Source: Patescibacteria group bacterium (GTDB lineage: Bacteria; Patescibacteriota; Doudnabacteria; UBA920; O2-02-FULL-48-8). Taken from it: a stretch of DNA of 64,000 bases. The notes beneath the pieces were generated by a model. That model was given only the letters and a program-made list of their open reading frames with translations, was not told the DNA's origin and searched no databases. Shown here piece by piece: positions 38,230 to 47,038 of this stretch (positions are counted from its first letter, which is position 1; each line of letters begins with the position of its first letter). A program made the translations under genes and the position numbers. The stretch covers positions 301,186 through 365,185 of the forward strand of contig DASUKB010000001.1 in the NCBI GenBank assembly GCA_036278915.1, written 5' to 3'.

Positions 38230-38412
38230 AGGAGGAGAAATGAACATAATCAATGCGTTCGCAACCCTTGTCGTGCTCGAACCTGTGGTGCTGGTGCTCA
38301 CAGAACCCAAGTACTGCGCATTCTGCGCGCGCGTCACACTGCACCAGGGCGTGCTGGACTCCTCCACCCGCACCGAGTGCGTACAATGCACAAAGCCTCA
38401 CCCGCCAGGATG
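38230..38412 (+). CDS. Candidate small zinc-ribbon protein (~60 aa), GC-rich, strong SD
   Basis: AGGAGG 5 nt before ATG; CAFC...CVQC pattern. Confidence 0.35.
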
Positions 38413-38421
38413 AGGCTTTCT

Positions 38422-41037
38422 TTATGCCAATTGTTTCTTTGCCATCATTTTCTGGTGCTCTTCAGTATTCAACATACCGCATTTCTTCCATTTCTTACCG
38501 CTGCCGCAGGGGCAAGGGTCGTTGCGGCCAATTTCTTTTGAACTTAGGTCATTGGACATTGCAACCTGCGCTGGTTGCTGGACTACGTCCACCTTATAGA
38601 TTGTGTACACCACGGCTTTATTTATTTCCGCAAGCAGGCGGTTGAAGAGCGTAAATCCTTCGTTCTTAAATTCCGTAAGCGGATCACGTTGGCCATAACC
38701 GCGCAGGCGCACCGAATCGCGTAAGTGCTCCATGGTATCCAAATGCTCTTGCCAGAGCTGGTCTATGGATCGTAAGTACACAAATTTTTCCAATTGTCCT
38801 AGTGTCTGCTCGCCGAGTTTGTCTTTTTTGACTTTGTATTCACGTTCGGCTATCGCCACCAAATGATTGGTAAGTTCTATTGGGTCTTGCGTTTCCTTTA
38901 CATCTTCTGTCTTAAACGGCATGAGCGCGGCCACTGTGGCCCAGAGTTGCTTGAAGTCCACTTCCTCGGCAGACAGCTGCATATTCACGATTTCTGTAAT
39001 TTCTTTTTCTATCATTTCCAAAATCTCATCCGTAAAGCTTTTACCTTCCAGGATTGCGCGTCGCTTGCCGTAAATAGCCGCGCGCTGCTTGTTCATTACG
39101 TCATCGTACTCAAGCACGTGTTTGCGGGTGTCAAAGTTGAAACCTTCAATTTTGCGCTGCGCGGATTCTATGGATTTGGACACAAGTCCCGCCCCAATTG
39201 GCTGATCGTCCGGGATGCCAAGCGTCTCCATCATCTTCTGCACGCGCTCGCCGCCGAACAGCCTCATAAGGTCGTCATCCAATGCGATAAAGAATTGCGA
39301 ACTCCCCGGGTCGCCCTGACGTCCGGCACGCCCGCGCAATTGGTTATCTATGCGGCGCGATTCGTGGCGCTCGGTGCCCACCACGGCCAAGCCGCCCAAT
39401 TCTTTCACCTTGGCCTGCTCTTCGGGATCCGCAGGATTGCCGCCGAGTAAAATGTCCACGCCGCGGCCGGCGATGTTTGTAGCCAAAGTCACAGCGCCTA
39501 AACGTCCAGCCTGAGCCACTATATGCGCTTCACGTTCGTTGTTTTTGGCATTCAAAATTTCGTGCGGCACGCCCGCGCGGATAAGCATCTGCGACAGAAG
39601 TTCGTTTCGTTCTATGGAAATTGTGCCCACCAGCACTGGCCGGCCTGTGTCGTGAAGCTCTTTGATAGTCTGAATGAGCGCGTTAAGTTTGCCTTCCGTG
39701 TTTTTGTACACCAAATCCGGCTGGTCATTGCGTATCATAGGCCGGTTGGTGGGGACCTGTACGACTTCCAAATTATAAATTTTATGGAATTCTTCGGCTT
39801 CGGTTTCAGCAGTTCCTGTCATGCCCGCCAGTTTGTGGTAAAGCCGGAAATAATTTTGAAAAGTAATAGTAGCCAAAGTCTTGCTCTCCTGCTGGACTTT
39901 CACGTTTTCTTTGGCTTCTATGGCCTGGTGCAACCCCTCGCTGTAGCGACGGCCGTACATCATGCGGCCGGTGAATTCGTCCACGATCACGATCTCCCCG
40001 CCTTTGACCACATAGTTGACGTCGCGCTTGAACAAAGTGCGAGCGCGCAAAGCGTTTTCGATGTGGTGCACGGTTGAGATGTCGTTGTACAAATTCGGAA
40101 CGTTTAGGATTTTTTCAAGCCTGCTCATGCCATTGTCCGTGAGCATGGCTGCCTTGTGTTTTTCATCCACGTCGTAATCTTCTTTATCGGTGAGTTTGGC
40201 CACGGCTTTGGCAAATTCATAGTACTTATCCGTAGGGTCTGTATCGGGCGCGGAAATTATAAGCGGCGTGCGCGCTTCGTCGATTAAAATACTGTCTACT
40301 TCGTCCACGATGGCAAAGTGCAGAGGTCTTTGCACCATCTGGTCCAAACCGTAAACCATATTGTCGCGCAAATAATCAAACCCGTACTCGTTGTTGGTGC
40401 CGTAGGTGATGTCCGCGGCATATGCCTGCCTTCGCGGGATTGGCCGCATGTGTTTGACGTCCAGCGTGAGACCCTGGACTTGGGATTCTATTTGCTTGAT
40501 CTCTTCTTCTTCCGGCTGGAACGTGGAATCGTACAAAAAAGCCTGCTCGTGCTGAATAGAGGCTGTGGACAAACCCAAGAAATGATAAATTTGTCCCATC
40601 CACGACGCCTGCCAGCGCGCCAGGTAGTCGTTGACTGTCACCAAATGCACGCCGCGGCCCGTGAGCGCGTTTAAGTACACTGGCAAAGTCGCGACTAAAG
40701 TTTTACCTTCGCCAGTGCGCATTTCGGCGATCTCGCCATTGTGGAGCACGATGCCGCCTATGAGCTGCACGTCAAAGTGCCGCTGGCCTATAGTGCGCTT
40801 GGACGCTTCGCGTACTGCGGCAAAAGCTTCCGGTAAAATTTTCTCTAGGATTTCTTTTTGCTCGTCCAATTCTTTGCCAGCCAATTCCTGTTTCCATTTG
40901 GCCGTGAGAGCCCGGAGATCATCTTGCGATTTGGCTTCGTATTCTTTTTCGAGCGCGTTGATGCGGTCAACCGTTTTGCTGTGCCGGCTGACTACTTGCT
41001 GGTTTGAGGGTGAGAAAATATTTGTAATGAAAGACAT
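38422..41037 (-). CDS. secA: Preprotein translocase ATPase SecA
   Basis: Full-length SecA motifs; C-terminal zinc-binding CPCGSGKKWKKC. Confidence 0.95.
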   Translation of the reverse strand: MSFITNIFSPSNQQVVSRHSKTVDRINALEKEYEAKSQDDLRALTAKWKQELAGKELDEQKEILEKILPEAFAAVREASKRTIGQRHFDVQLIGGIVLHNGEIAEMRTGEGKTLVATLPVYLNALTGRGVHLVTVNDYLARWQASWMGQIYHFLGLSTASIQHEQAFLYDSTFQPEEEEIKQIESQVQGLTLDVKHMRPIPRRQAYAADITYGTNNEYGFDYLRDNMVYGLDQMVQRPLHFAIVDEVDSILIDEARTPLIISAPDTDPTDKYYEFAKAVAKLTDKEDYDVDEKHKAAMLTDNGMSRLEKILNVPNLYNDISTVHHIENALRARTLFKRDVNYVVKGGEIVIVDEFTGRMMYGRRYSEGLHQAIEAKENVKVQQESKTLATITFQNYFRLYHKLAGMTGTAETEAEEFHKIYNLEVVQVPTNRPMIRNDQPDLVYKNTEGKLNALIQTIKELHDTGRPVLVGTISIERNELLSQMLIRAGVPHEILNAKNNEREAHIVAQAGRLGAVTLATNIAGRGVDILLGGNPADPEEQAKVKELGGLAVVGTERHESRRIDNQLRGRAGRQGDPGSSQFFIALDDDLMRLFGGERVQKMMETLGIPDDQPIGAGLVSKSIESAQRKIEGFNFDTRKHVLEYDDVMNKQRAAIYGKRRAILEGKSFTDEILEMIEKEITEIVNMQLSAEEVDFKQLWATVAALMPFKTEDVKETQDPIELTNHLVAIAEREYKVKKDKLGEQTLGQLEKFVYLRSIDQLWQEHLDTMEHLRDSVRLRGYGQRDPLTEFKNEGFTLFNRLLAEINKAVVYTIYKVDVVQQPAQVAMSNDLSSKEIGRNDPCPCGSGKKWKKCGMLNTEEHQKMMAKKQLA

Positions 41038-41135
41038 ATCGATTTGTCATTCCCGCGAAAGCGGGAATCTTGATTAAGATCCCCGATCAAGTCGGTGATG
41101 ACACATTAAAAAGCTTCGTTATTATACTAAAATCG

Positions 41136-41178
41136 CCCCAAAAAGAAAAGGCCCGACCAATACGACTATTGGCCAGGC
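41136..41178 (-). terminator. Intrinsic terminator/attenuator in the secA leader
   Basis: Minus-strand GGCCTGGCCAATAgtcgTATTGGTCGGGCC + UUUUCUUUUUGG. Confidence 0.5.
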
Positions 41179-41203
41179 CTAGACGGCGGCGCCGTCACAA
41201 TAA

Positions 41204-41230
41204 ACCTACATCACCTCGTGAGTCTTCATC
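41204..41230 (-). CDS. Leader uORF (MMKTHEVM) with strong SD
   Basis: AAAAGGAGG-N4-ATGATGAAGACTCACGAGGTGATGTAG between promoter and terminator. Confidence 0.3.
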
Positions 41231-41253
41231 ATTAGACCTCCTTTTCAGAATGG

Positions 41254-41285
41254 AAATTATAGTAACAAAACCCACATGGCTCGTC
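41254..41285 (-). promoter_or_regulatory. Sigma70-like promoter TTGACG-N17-TACTATAAT upstream of the secA leader
   Basis: Minus-strand ttgacgagccatgtgggttttgttactataat. Confidence 0.5.
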
Positions 41286-41299
41286 AAGGCGCCCATCGG

Positions 41300-41340
41300 A
41301 GCCAAAAAGAAAAGGCCCTGCGCAATCGCTTGCACAAGGC
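41300..41340 (-). terminator. Intrinsic terminator after the DHS-like gene
   Basis: Minus-strand GGCCUUGUGCAA-GCGA-UUGCGCAGGGCC (12 bp with 2 G-U pairs, GNRA loop) + UUUUCUUUUUGG. Confidence 0.6.
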
Positions 41341-41366
41341 CCAACCAAACCCCAAGTTCTCCACGG

Positions 41367-42518
41367 TCACTTCGCCAGGTGTATACCAGCTTCGCCGTCT
41401 ATCTGCAACTGCTGGCGTCGGATGCTGAAGTTCTTGCGAACCTTGTCGACACCTTCTTTCCTGAGGCGCTGCATTACTCCGCCGACAATGAAAGGAAGAA
41501 CCATGGTCGCGTCGGCTGGAATCTCCGTAAAGTTTCCGTTGTCCTTGGAGGCAAACTTGCCCCAAGACACACCCTCGGAATACTTACATCCGGACAGTCC
41601 GCCGAAATGCTCCGGCTCCGGGCAAATCCGGAGGCCAGCCGTATATTTTTTGGGCTGGAGGTGTGGGGGCGCCAGACCTGCCGGCATGCGGGACTGCACG
41701 AGTTCCAAAAGCGGCATGACTTGCTGTGCCCAGTTACGCGGAACGCCGCCTCCAACTGTGACAATCCCGACTTTATTCTGGCGGGCGATGAGCTCCATGA
41801 AGTGTTCGACATCTCCAAACAAGTCGAACGCAACCCCATCGAACCCCTGAAGCCTGCGCTTCATGTTGTAGAGCGTGATATCCAGTCCAATCTCGCAGTC
41901 AGTCAGTGCCGGTACGTACACAGGCACCAAATTGGCGTAAGTGCTTTTGAGGATACCGCGCCCTTGTACGTTGTCCACGAGCCACTTGCCAAGCACCTCA
42001 AAGAACGTACGCGAACAGTGCTTCTGGTTGCGCGGAAGGACATCGAGCACTTGGTTGATGATCTCTTCGACGTCATCGAGATTCTGTTCTGGTTCGATGG
42101 TGTCGTAGATCCTGTTGTATCCGTGTTCGTAGAGGTAGTTGTCCGAAAGCTTCGGGTCATGCTTGAAATGTTGCCTGCCCGAAGACTCCACAAACCCGTG
42201 TGTCATGAGTGCTCCGGTGGACACGATCGCTTGCACGAAGTTGCGCTCCACCATCTCGGTGATGACGAGGCTCAATTTGGCCGGAGTCATTGCGCCGGAA
42301 AGCGTGAGTACGACAAACATGTCGGGATCGGTGACCATTCGGTAGAAGGTTTGCGCACCCTCCCCTACTTTGCGTGCACCAAATGACATGTATTCGTAAC
42401 CGCTGAGCATCTCATCCAGATCCGTTATCCGATTCAGATCCAGCGGCCGCAACGGCACGAGTTCTTCCTGACTGCCATCGTGGTAGTGTTTCGGATCACG
42501 CCGAACCTGTTGTTTCAA
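41367..42518 (-). CDS. Deoxyhypusine synthase family protein (DHS-like, putative homospermidine synthase type), GC-rich
   Basis: DHS family motifs (LSGAMT...STGALMTHGF; IVTVGGGVPRNW); AAGGAGGAG SD; GC-rich. Confidence 0.65.
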   Translation of the reverse strand: MKQQVRRDPKHYHDGSQEELVPLRPLDLNRITDLDEMLSGYEYMSFGARKVGEGAQTFYRMVTDPDMFVVLTLSGAMTPAKLSLVITEMVERNFVQAIVSTGALMTHGFVESSGRQHFKHDPKLSDNYLYEHGYNRIYDTIEPEQNLDDVEEIINQVLDVLPRNQKHCSRTFFEVLGKWLVDNVQGRGILKSTYANLVPVYVPALTDCEIGLDITLYNMKRRLQGFDGVAFDLFGDVEHFMELIARQNKVGIVTVGGGVPRNWAQQVMPLLELVQSRMPAGLAPPHLQPKKYTAGLRICPEPEHFGGLSGCKYSEGVSWGKFASKDNGNFTEIPADATMVLPFIVGGVMQRLRKEGVDKVRKNFSIRRQQLQIDGEAGIHLAK

Positions 42519-42587
42519 TTTTCTCCTCCTTGAGAAATCTAAAATTGCATAATGTTTCTAGTTTAACAGGAGATGGAAAATTGTCAA

Positions 42588-42621
42588 CAAAAAAATCACC
42601 TTTTTTCAGGTGATTTTTTAA
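42588..42621. terminator. Bidirectional hairpin/terminator between speH and the DHS-like gene
   Basis: aaaaaaATCACCttttttcAGGTGATtttttt. Confidence 0.55.
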
Positions 42622-42626
42622 AACTT

Positions 42627-43109
42627 TTAGCTCAACAAGCGTTTTGGAAATTTGAGGCCGCGTTTGGTGTCGCGGATTTCCAGTTCCTTAAACCCAAACT
42701 GCTGTTCAAAGTAGCTGCAAATTCTGCGCGTATCCAGTCGGCTCTGGCAAGTGTAGACGTCAATTGATGCAAAACCTTTTTTTGGGAACGTGTGGATGCT
42801 TATGTGGGATTCGGCGATCATAACAAATCCTGAATATCCACCCGGATCCTTTTTGTCATTGGCATCTGCTCGCACCACATAAGGCGTGATTATCTTGTGC
42901 ATGCCCAGCAGCTCCGGCAATTCGTTGAGCACGGTAAATACCAGATCCATGCTGGCGAGCTTTTCTTCATCGCCAAAATATGCGTCGAGCATCAAATGGA
43001 CTCCGAAATTTTCCGTCTCAAGCCTTTGTTTTAATTTTGTTTCATTGACCTTGGTCTTAACCTGCGGAATCATAACCTCTGTCCGCAGCGCGGACGCGTT
43101 TTTTGCCAT
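42627..43109 (-). CDS. speH: S-adenosylmethionine decarboxylase proenzyme (SpeH-type, pyruvoyl-dependent)
   Basis: GYSGFVMIAESHISIHTFPKKGFASIDVYTC processing-site motif. Confidence 0.8.
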   Translation of the reverse strand: MAKNASALRTEVMIPQVKTKVNETKLKQRLETENFGVHLMLDAYFGDEEKLASMDLVFTVLNELPELLGMHKIITPYVVRADANDKKDPGGYSGFVMIAESHISIHTFPKKGFASIDVYTCQSRLDTRRICSYFEQQFGFKELEIRDTKRGLKFPKRLLS

Positions 43110-43294
43110 TTTCGCTTTGCTCTTTGCCTTTCTCTTTCTTAGTATGCTGTACCGGTTGTCGAACTAGAAACGCCTAAACGTGTTCTGGTTGTCGCGCCGG
43201 CCTCCTCGCCTCGCTTCGGCGAGCCCGCTATCGTCGAGTCGAAGCGGGGACCTGGTCGAATTTAATCGGCATTAATAAATTTAACTCAACTTAA

Positions 43295-43322
43295 ATTTTA
43301 AAGTATACAAAAAATCTGTCAA
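43295..43322 (-). promoter_or_regulatory. Sigma70-like promoter TTGACA-N16-TAAAAT for speH, preceding a long structured leader
   Basis: Minus-strand ttgacagattttttgtatactttaaaat; ~175-nt GC-rich leader follows. Confidence 0.45.
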
Positions 43323-43352
43323 CACTTTTGCAACAGATTTTTCCACAATTGG

Positions 43353-43688
43353 TCAAATTTTCCGTTTCGCTGACCTAGCACCCCGGCGCTGAAGCGTAGT
43401 CCGTTTGGCTTTGAACTTGTCTATCTGCTCGCGAAGCTTCGGCACCACCAGATCTATGGACGCGTAAATGTCCTCGGATGAGGCATCGGCTCGCATGAGT
43501 TTTCCGCCGGCGATAAGCATCACTTCGGCGCGGAAGACTTCTCCAGTGCGATGATGCCGATCGCGCGCCAATTCCACCTTGGCCTCATCCGCCTTCACGT
43601 ACTTGGCCAGATGGCCAATTTTGTCGTCTAAATAGTCCTTTACGGATGCAGTCAGCTCCAAGTTAGTTGCTTTAATTTGTATGTTCAT
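43353..43688 (-). CDS. hpf: Ribosome hibernation promoting factor (HPF/RaiA)
   Basis: MNIQI...N.E.T..V..Y...K...L family pattern; 111 aa. Confidence 0.8.
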   Translation of the reverse strand: MNIQIKATNLELTASVKDYLDDKIGHLAKYVKADEAKVELARDRHHRTGEVFRAEVMLIAGGKLMRADASSEDIYASIDLVVPKLREQIDKFKAKRTTLQRRGARSAKRKI

Positions 43689-43711
43689 AATCCTATGTTA
43701 ACGTTTGTAGG

Positions 43712-44722
43712 TTAAATGTATACTATTTCTTCTTCCAGTTCAACCCCAAACTTATTTCGTACTCCTGCCTTGATCTTTTCGGCCAGATTTTTAATGTCAG
43801 AGGCTTTGGCATTCCCTGGATTTATAATTGCCAAGGCTTGCTTGGACGAAATTTGCGCCGCATCCATGACCTGACCCTTCGAAAACCCGGCCTGGGTGAT
43901 GAGGCAGGCGGCAGAAACCTTGACTCCGTCCGACTGATTCCAGTACCAAGGGTCTGGGCAGCGGATGCTGGCTTTAAATTTTTCAAACTGTGTTTCGGAA
44001 ACAACCGGATTTTTGAAAAACGACCCCGCGCTTTTGTAACTTTCGTATTCCGGCATTATGACCATGCCTTTGGATGCGCGGATTGTTAATACTTTTTGAC
44101 GAACTTGGGAAAGGCTTGGGTTTTCTCCTACGAATTCCCGGCCTAAAGAAAGAAAGGAAATATTACCACGGTCAATTTCAAATAGTTTAAGTACTCCCTG
44201 CAAGACCAGGTGCCGTCCAGAGTTCTTTTTGAAAAGGCTGTTGCGGTATTCAAATTCACACTCGGGCTTGCTCAAAATTTTGACCTTGCCGTCTATAGTG
44301 TCCAAAACCTCCACTGAATCCACCACGTCGGACAAAGTCTGCCCGTAGGCGCCAATATTCTGCACAATAGCGCCTCCAAACGTGCCCGGGACACCAGACA
44401 AGCACTCGATACCTTGAAATTTAAGCGCAATTACTTTTTGGACGGTCTCGTCCCAACTTTCGCCTGCGGCGACACTTATGTAATTCCCTTCATTAGTAAA
44501 CCCTTTAAGTTCATTTTTGATAACCAGGCCATCAAAGCCCTGATCGGAAATCAAAACATTGCTGCCGCCGCCAAGCAGGAAAATTCGCAAATCATGTTCT
44601 CGCGCGTAGCCGTATGCATCCAAAACGTCTTGCACGCTTTTGGCCACGGTAAAAAATGACGCTTCCCCGCCAATACCGAACGTGGTGAACTTGGCTAAAT
44701 TTATATTTCTTTCAATAGTCAT
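43712..44722 (-). CDS. murB: UDP-N-acetylenolpyruvoylglucosamine reductase
   Basis: FAD-binding N-domain (TTFGIGG....LLGGGSNVL) and MurB C-domain. Confidence 0.85.
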   Translation of the reverse strand: MTIERNINLAKFTTFGIGGEASFFTVAKSVQDVLDAYGYAREHDLRIFLLGGGSNVLISDQGFDGLVIKNELKGFTNEGNYISVAAGESWDETVQKVIALKFQGIECLSGVPGTFGGAIVQNIGAYGQTLSDVVDSVEVLDTIDGKVKILSKPECEFEYRNSLFKKNSGRHLVLQGVLKLFEIDRGNISFLSLGREFVGENPSLSQVRQKVLTIRASKGMVIMPEYESYKSAGSFFKNPVVSETQFEKFKASIRCPDPWYWNQSDGVKVSAACLITQAGFSKGQVMDAAQISSKQALAIINPGNAKASDIKNLAEKIKAGVRNKFGVELEEEIVYI

Positions 44723-46107
44723 GACACAAGCTTTCTGGCCATAACATCTATATCGCCTGCACCCATACAGAGCACCACATCAAAATCTTTAAGTTTGGAC
44801 TTAATTAATTCCGAGGCCTTATCTAAGTTTTCGGCGTATTCTGCTTCTTCTTTTTGCTTCTTAAGTTCCTCCACTAAATCCTTAGAACTTATATTCTCTC
44901 CGTGTTCCCGGCCGGCCACATCGAAAATCTCAGGCAAAATCAGAGCATCAGCAGGAATCAAACTTTGGACAAATTCGCCGAACAGCGCTTTCGTCCGGTT
45001 GCGCTGGTGAGGTTGGAACACCACCAGGATTTTTTTGCCTGGAAAAAACTCTCTCGCTGCGGCAATGGTTCCTGACACAGCATCCGGATGATGCGCGTAG
45101 TCAGAGATCACGGGTTTCCCTTCGAGCGCGCCAACAACCTCAAACCGGCGCCAGATGCCGGCAAAGTTCTCTAGCGCAAATTTTATATCATCAAATTTTA
45201 CCCCGAGCTTGAGAGCGGCAAGCGTCGATGCCAGTGCATTTGAAACATTAAACTTTCCGGGCAATTTAAGCATGATATTTCCGATCATCTCGTCATTGAG
45301 ATGTAGATCAAAAGTCTGTTTTCCTGCCTCCTGTTTTCTGTTTACTGCCTGTAAATCCGCATAGTGATCTATGCCAAAAGTATATTTATGAGTTTTGGCC
45401 GCGCGTCCAAGTTCTACAGTATTTTTATCATCCGCGTTGTAAATTAGAATCCCCTCTGTGGGCAACGAATCAATGTATTGCGAAAAGGCGGCCATTATGT
45501 CTGCCAAATTTTTATAGACATCCAAGTGGTCCTCGGCAATATTTGTGATCACAATCATTTCCGGCTTGTTCTGCAGCATCTTGCGAGCGTATTCGTCAGA
45601 TTCCGCCACGAAATATTTACTTTGTCCAAGCCTTGCATTGGCTTTGAATTTATCTGATCCGTTTTTGGGCGAAAGATTTGAGCCAATCAAAACAGTCGGG
45701 TCCAAATTGGCTTTTTCCAAAATCAACCCAAGCATTGCCGTGCTTGTAGATTTACCGTTTGTGCCAGTGACGCCGATCCCATATTTACTGTGCATAAGCT
45801 CGCCAATTGCCTCCCCATGGCTAAGCTTTGAGATTTGGATTGTTGCTAATTCTGATTGCGGCACTGCCGGAGAATAAACCACCAAATCCGCATCCAAATT
45901 ATCCGGCACGTTCTGCCCGATCAAAATTTTAACGCCAAGAGATTCCAAATCCTTTGTAATCGCAGATTCCTTGAGATCGGATCCTGCGACTTGTTTGCCC
46001 ATAGCCACAAACAACCTGGCCAAACCAGAAACACCAATCCCGCCGATCCCTGCGCAAAAAATTCTATTTGATTCTTTGATACTCATGTTTTTTTTCAAAT
46101 TCTTCAA
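44719..46107 (-). CDS. murC: UDP-N-acetylmuramate--L-alanine ligase
   Basis: GIGVTGTNGKSTSTAM P-loop; Mur ligase domains. Confidence 0.9.
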   Translation of the reverse strand: MKNLKKNMSIKESNRIFCAGIGGIGVSGLARLFVAMGKQVAGSDLKESAITKDLESLGVKILIGQNVPDNLDADLVVYSPAVPQSELATIQISKLSHGEAIGELMHSKYGIGVTGTNGKSTSTAMLGLILEKANLDPTVLIGSNLSPKNGSDKFKANARLGQSKYFVAESDEYARKMLQNKPEMIVITNIAEDHLDVYKNLADIMAAFSQYIDSLPTEGILIYNADDKNTVELGRAAKTHKYTFGIDHYADLQAVNRKQEAGKQTFDLHLNDEMIGNIMLKLPGKFNVSNALASTLAALKLGVKFDDIKFALENFAGIWRRFEVVGALEGKPVISDYAHHPDAVSGTIAAAREFFPGKKILVVFQPHQRNRTKALFGEFVQSLIPADALILPEIFDVAGREHGENISSKDLVEELKKQKEEAEYAENLDKASELIKSKLKDFDVVLCMGAGDIDVMARKLVS

Positions 46108-47038
46108 TCATTTTCTTAATCTGTGGCAAGGCGTCTTTGGCCGCTTTGCGGCCTTCGATGTAGATTTTTTCCAAAGATGCAAATTCCGTTTTGCCATAGT
46201 GCTTCACGCGCGGCTCAATCATAAGGTCGCAGGCCATTTCCGAATCCGTCCACTCTTCTGAAACTTTCATAGACCAATCCAAAGCCTTGGTCAACATCGT
46301 GAGCACGCCGGGAATTTCTATGTCGCCCTGCTCCAGTATATCGGATTGCGAATCAAACTGGAACAGCACGCGCGACGAAAGAAACGGCAGGATTTTTTCG
46401 CGCACAAACTGCAGTCCGAGCAGCCGCGTTATGAATTTGTACCCGCGCCAGATAGGCAGACGCTTTTCGTAAATAAATTTAGTCGCCGCGATATTGACCC
46501 CGATGATAATATCCGCGCCCATATCCTTCACTGCACGGGTAGGCACGATGTTTACAAGCCCTCCATCCACCAGGATGCGATTGTCTATAACCGCGGGTTC
46601 AAATAGCCCAGGTACGGCCACCGTGGCATTGATGGCGCGCGTTAAATCCCCCGAAGTGATGTTTATAAGCTCTCCGGTATTAATGTCTGCAGCCACAAAC
46701 CCAAGCCTGGGATTTGCGTTTTCAAAAGTCAAACCTTTAATATGCTTCTCAAACCACGCTGTGGCTTTGTCTAATTTAAAAATCGCGCCCTTGGCGTCAC
46801 GCGGGTTCATAAGACCAAACAACTTAAGTTTCGTCATATCAAAAAGCTCGTCTTTGAGCATGGACAGCGTTTGGCTGGCAAAACTTGCCGCCACCAAAGC
46901 GCCGGAGGAACACCCGACCATGAAATCCAAGGGAATATTGTTTTCACTCAAAACTTCCAATACTCCGACGTGGGCAATGGTGCGGCCTGACGCGCCTGAG
47001 AGCGCGATGCCGATTTTTGGCCTAGCTTTGTTTTCCAT
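46064..47038 (-). CDS. Patatin-like phospholipase family protein
   Basis: GSGASGRT (oxyanion GGxR), GCSSGA (GxSxG), DGG catalytic dyad region. Confidence 0.75.
   Translation of the reverse strand: MENKARPKIGIALSGASGRTIAHVGVLEVLSENNIPLDFMVGCSSGALVAASFASQTLSMLKDELFDMTKLKLFGLMNPRDAKGAIFKLDKATAWFEKHIKGLTFENANPRLGFVAADINTGELINITSGDLTRAINATVAVPGLFEPAVIDNRILVDGGLVNIVPTRAVKDMGADIIIGVNIAATKFIYEKRLPIWRGYKFITRLLGLQFVREKILPFLSSRVLFQFDSQSDILEQGDIEIPGVLTMLTKALDWSMKVSEEWTDSEMACDLMIEPRVKHYGKTEFASLEKIYIEGRKAAKDALPQIKKMIEEFEKKHEYQRIK

Noticed and set aside
37633-40674. Multiple + strand ORFs (302, 195, 184, 118 aa)
   Set aside because: All antisense to secA and the DUF2207 gene; shadow ORFs.
41070-42386. 438-aa + strand ORF
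   Set aside because: Antisense to the DHS-like gene in a GC-rich segment (GC-rich DNA yields long spurious ORFs); Arg/Pro-rich junk composition.
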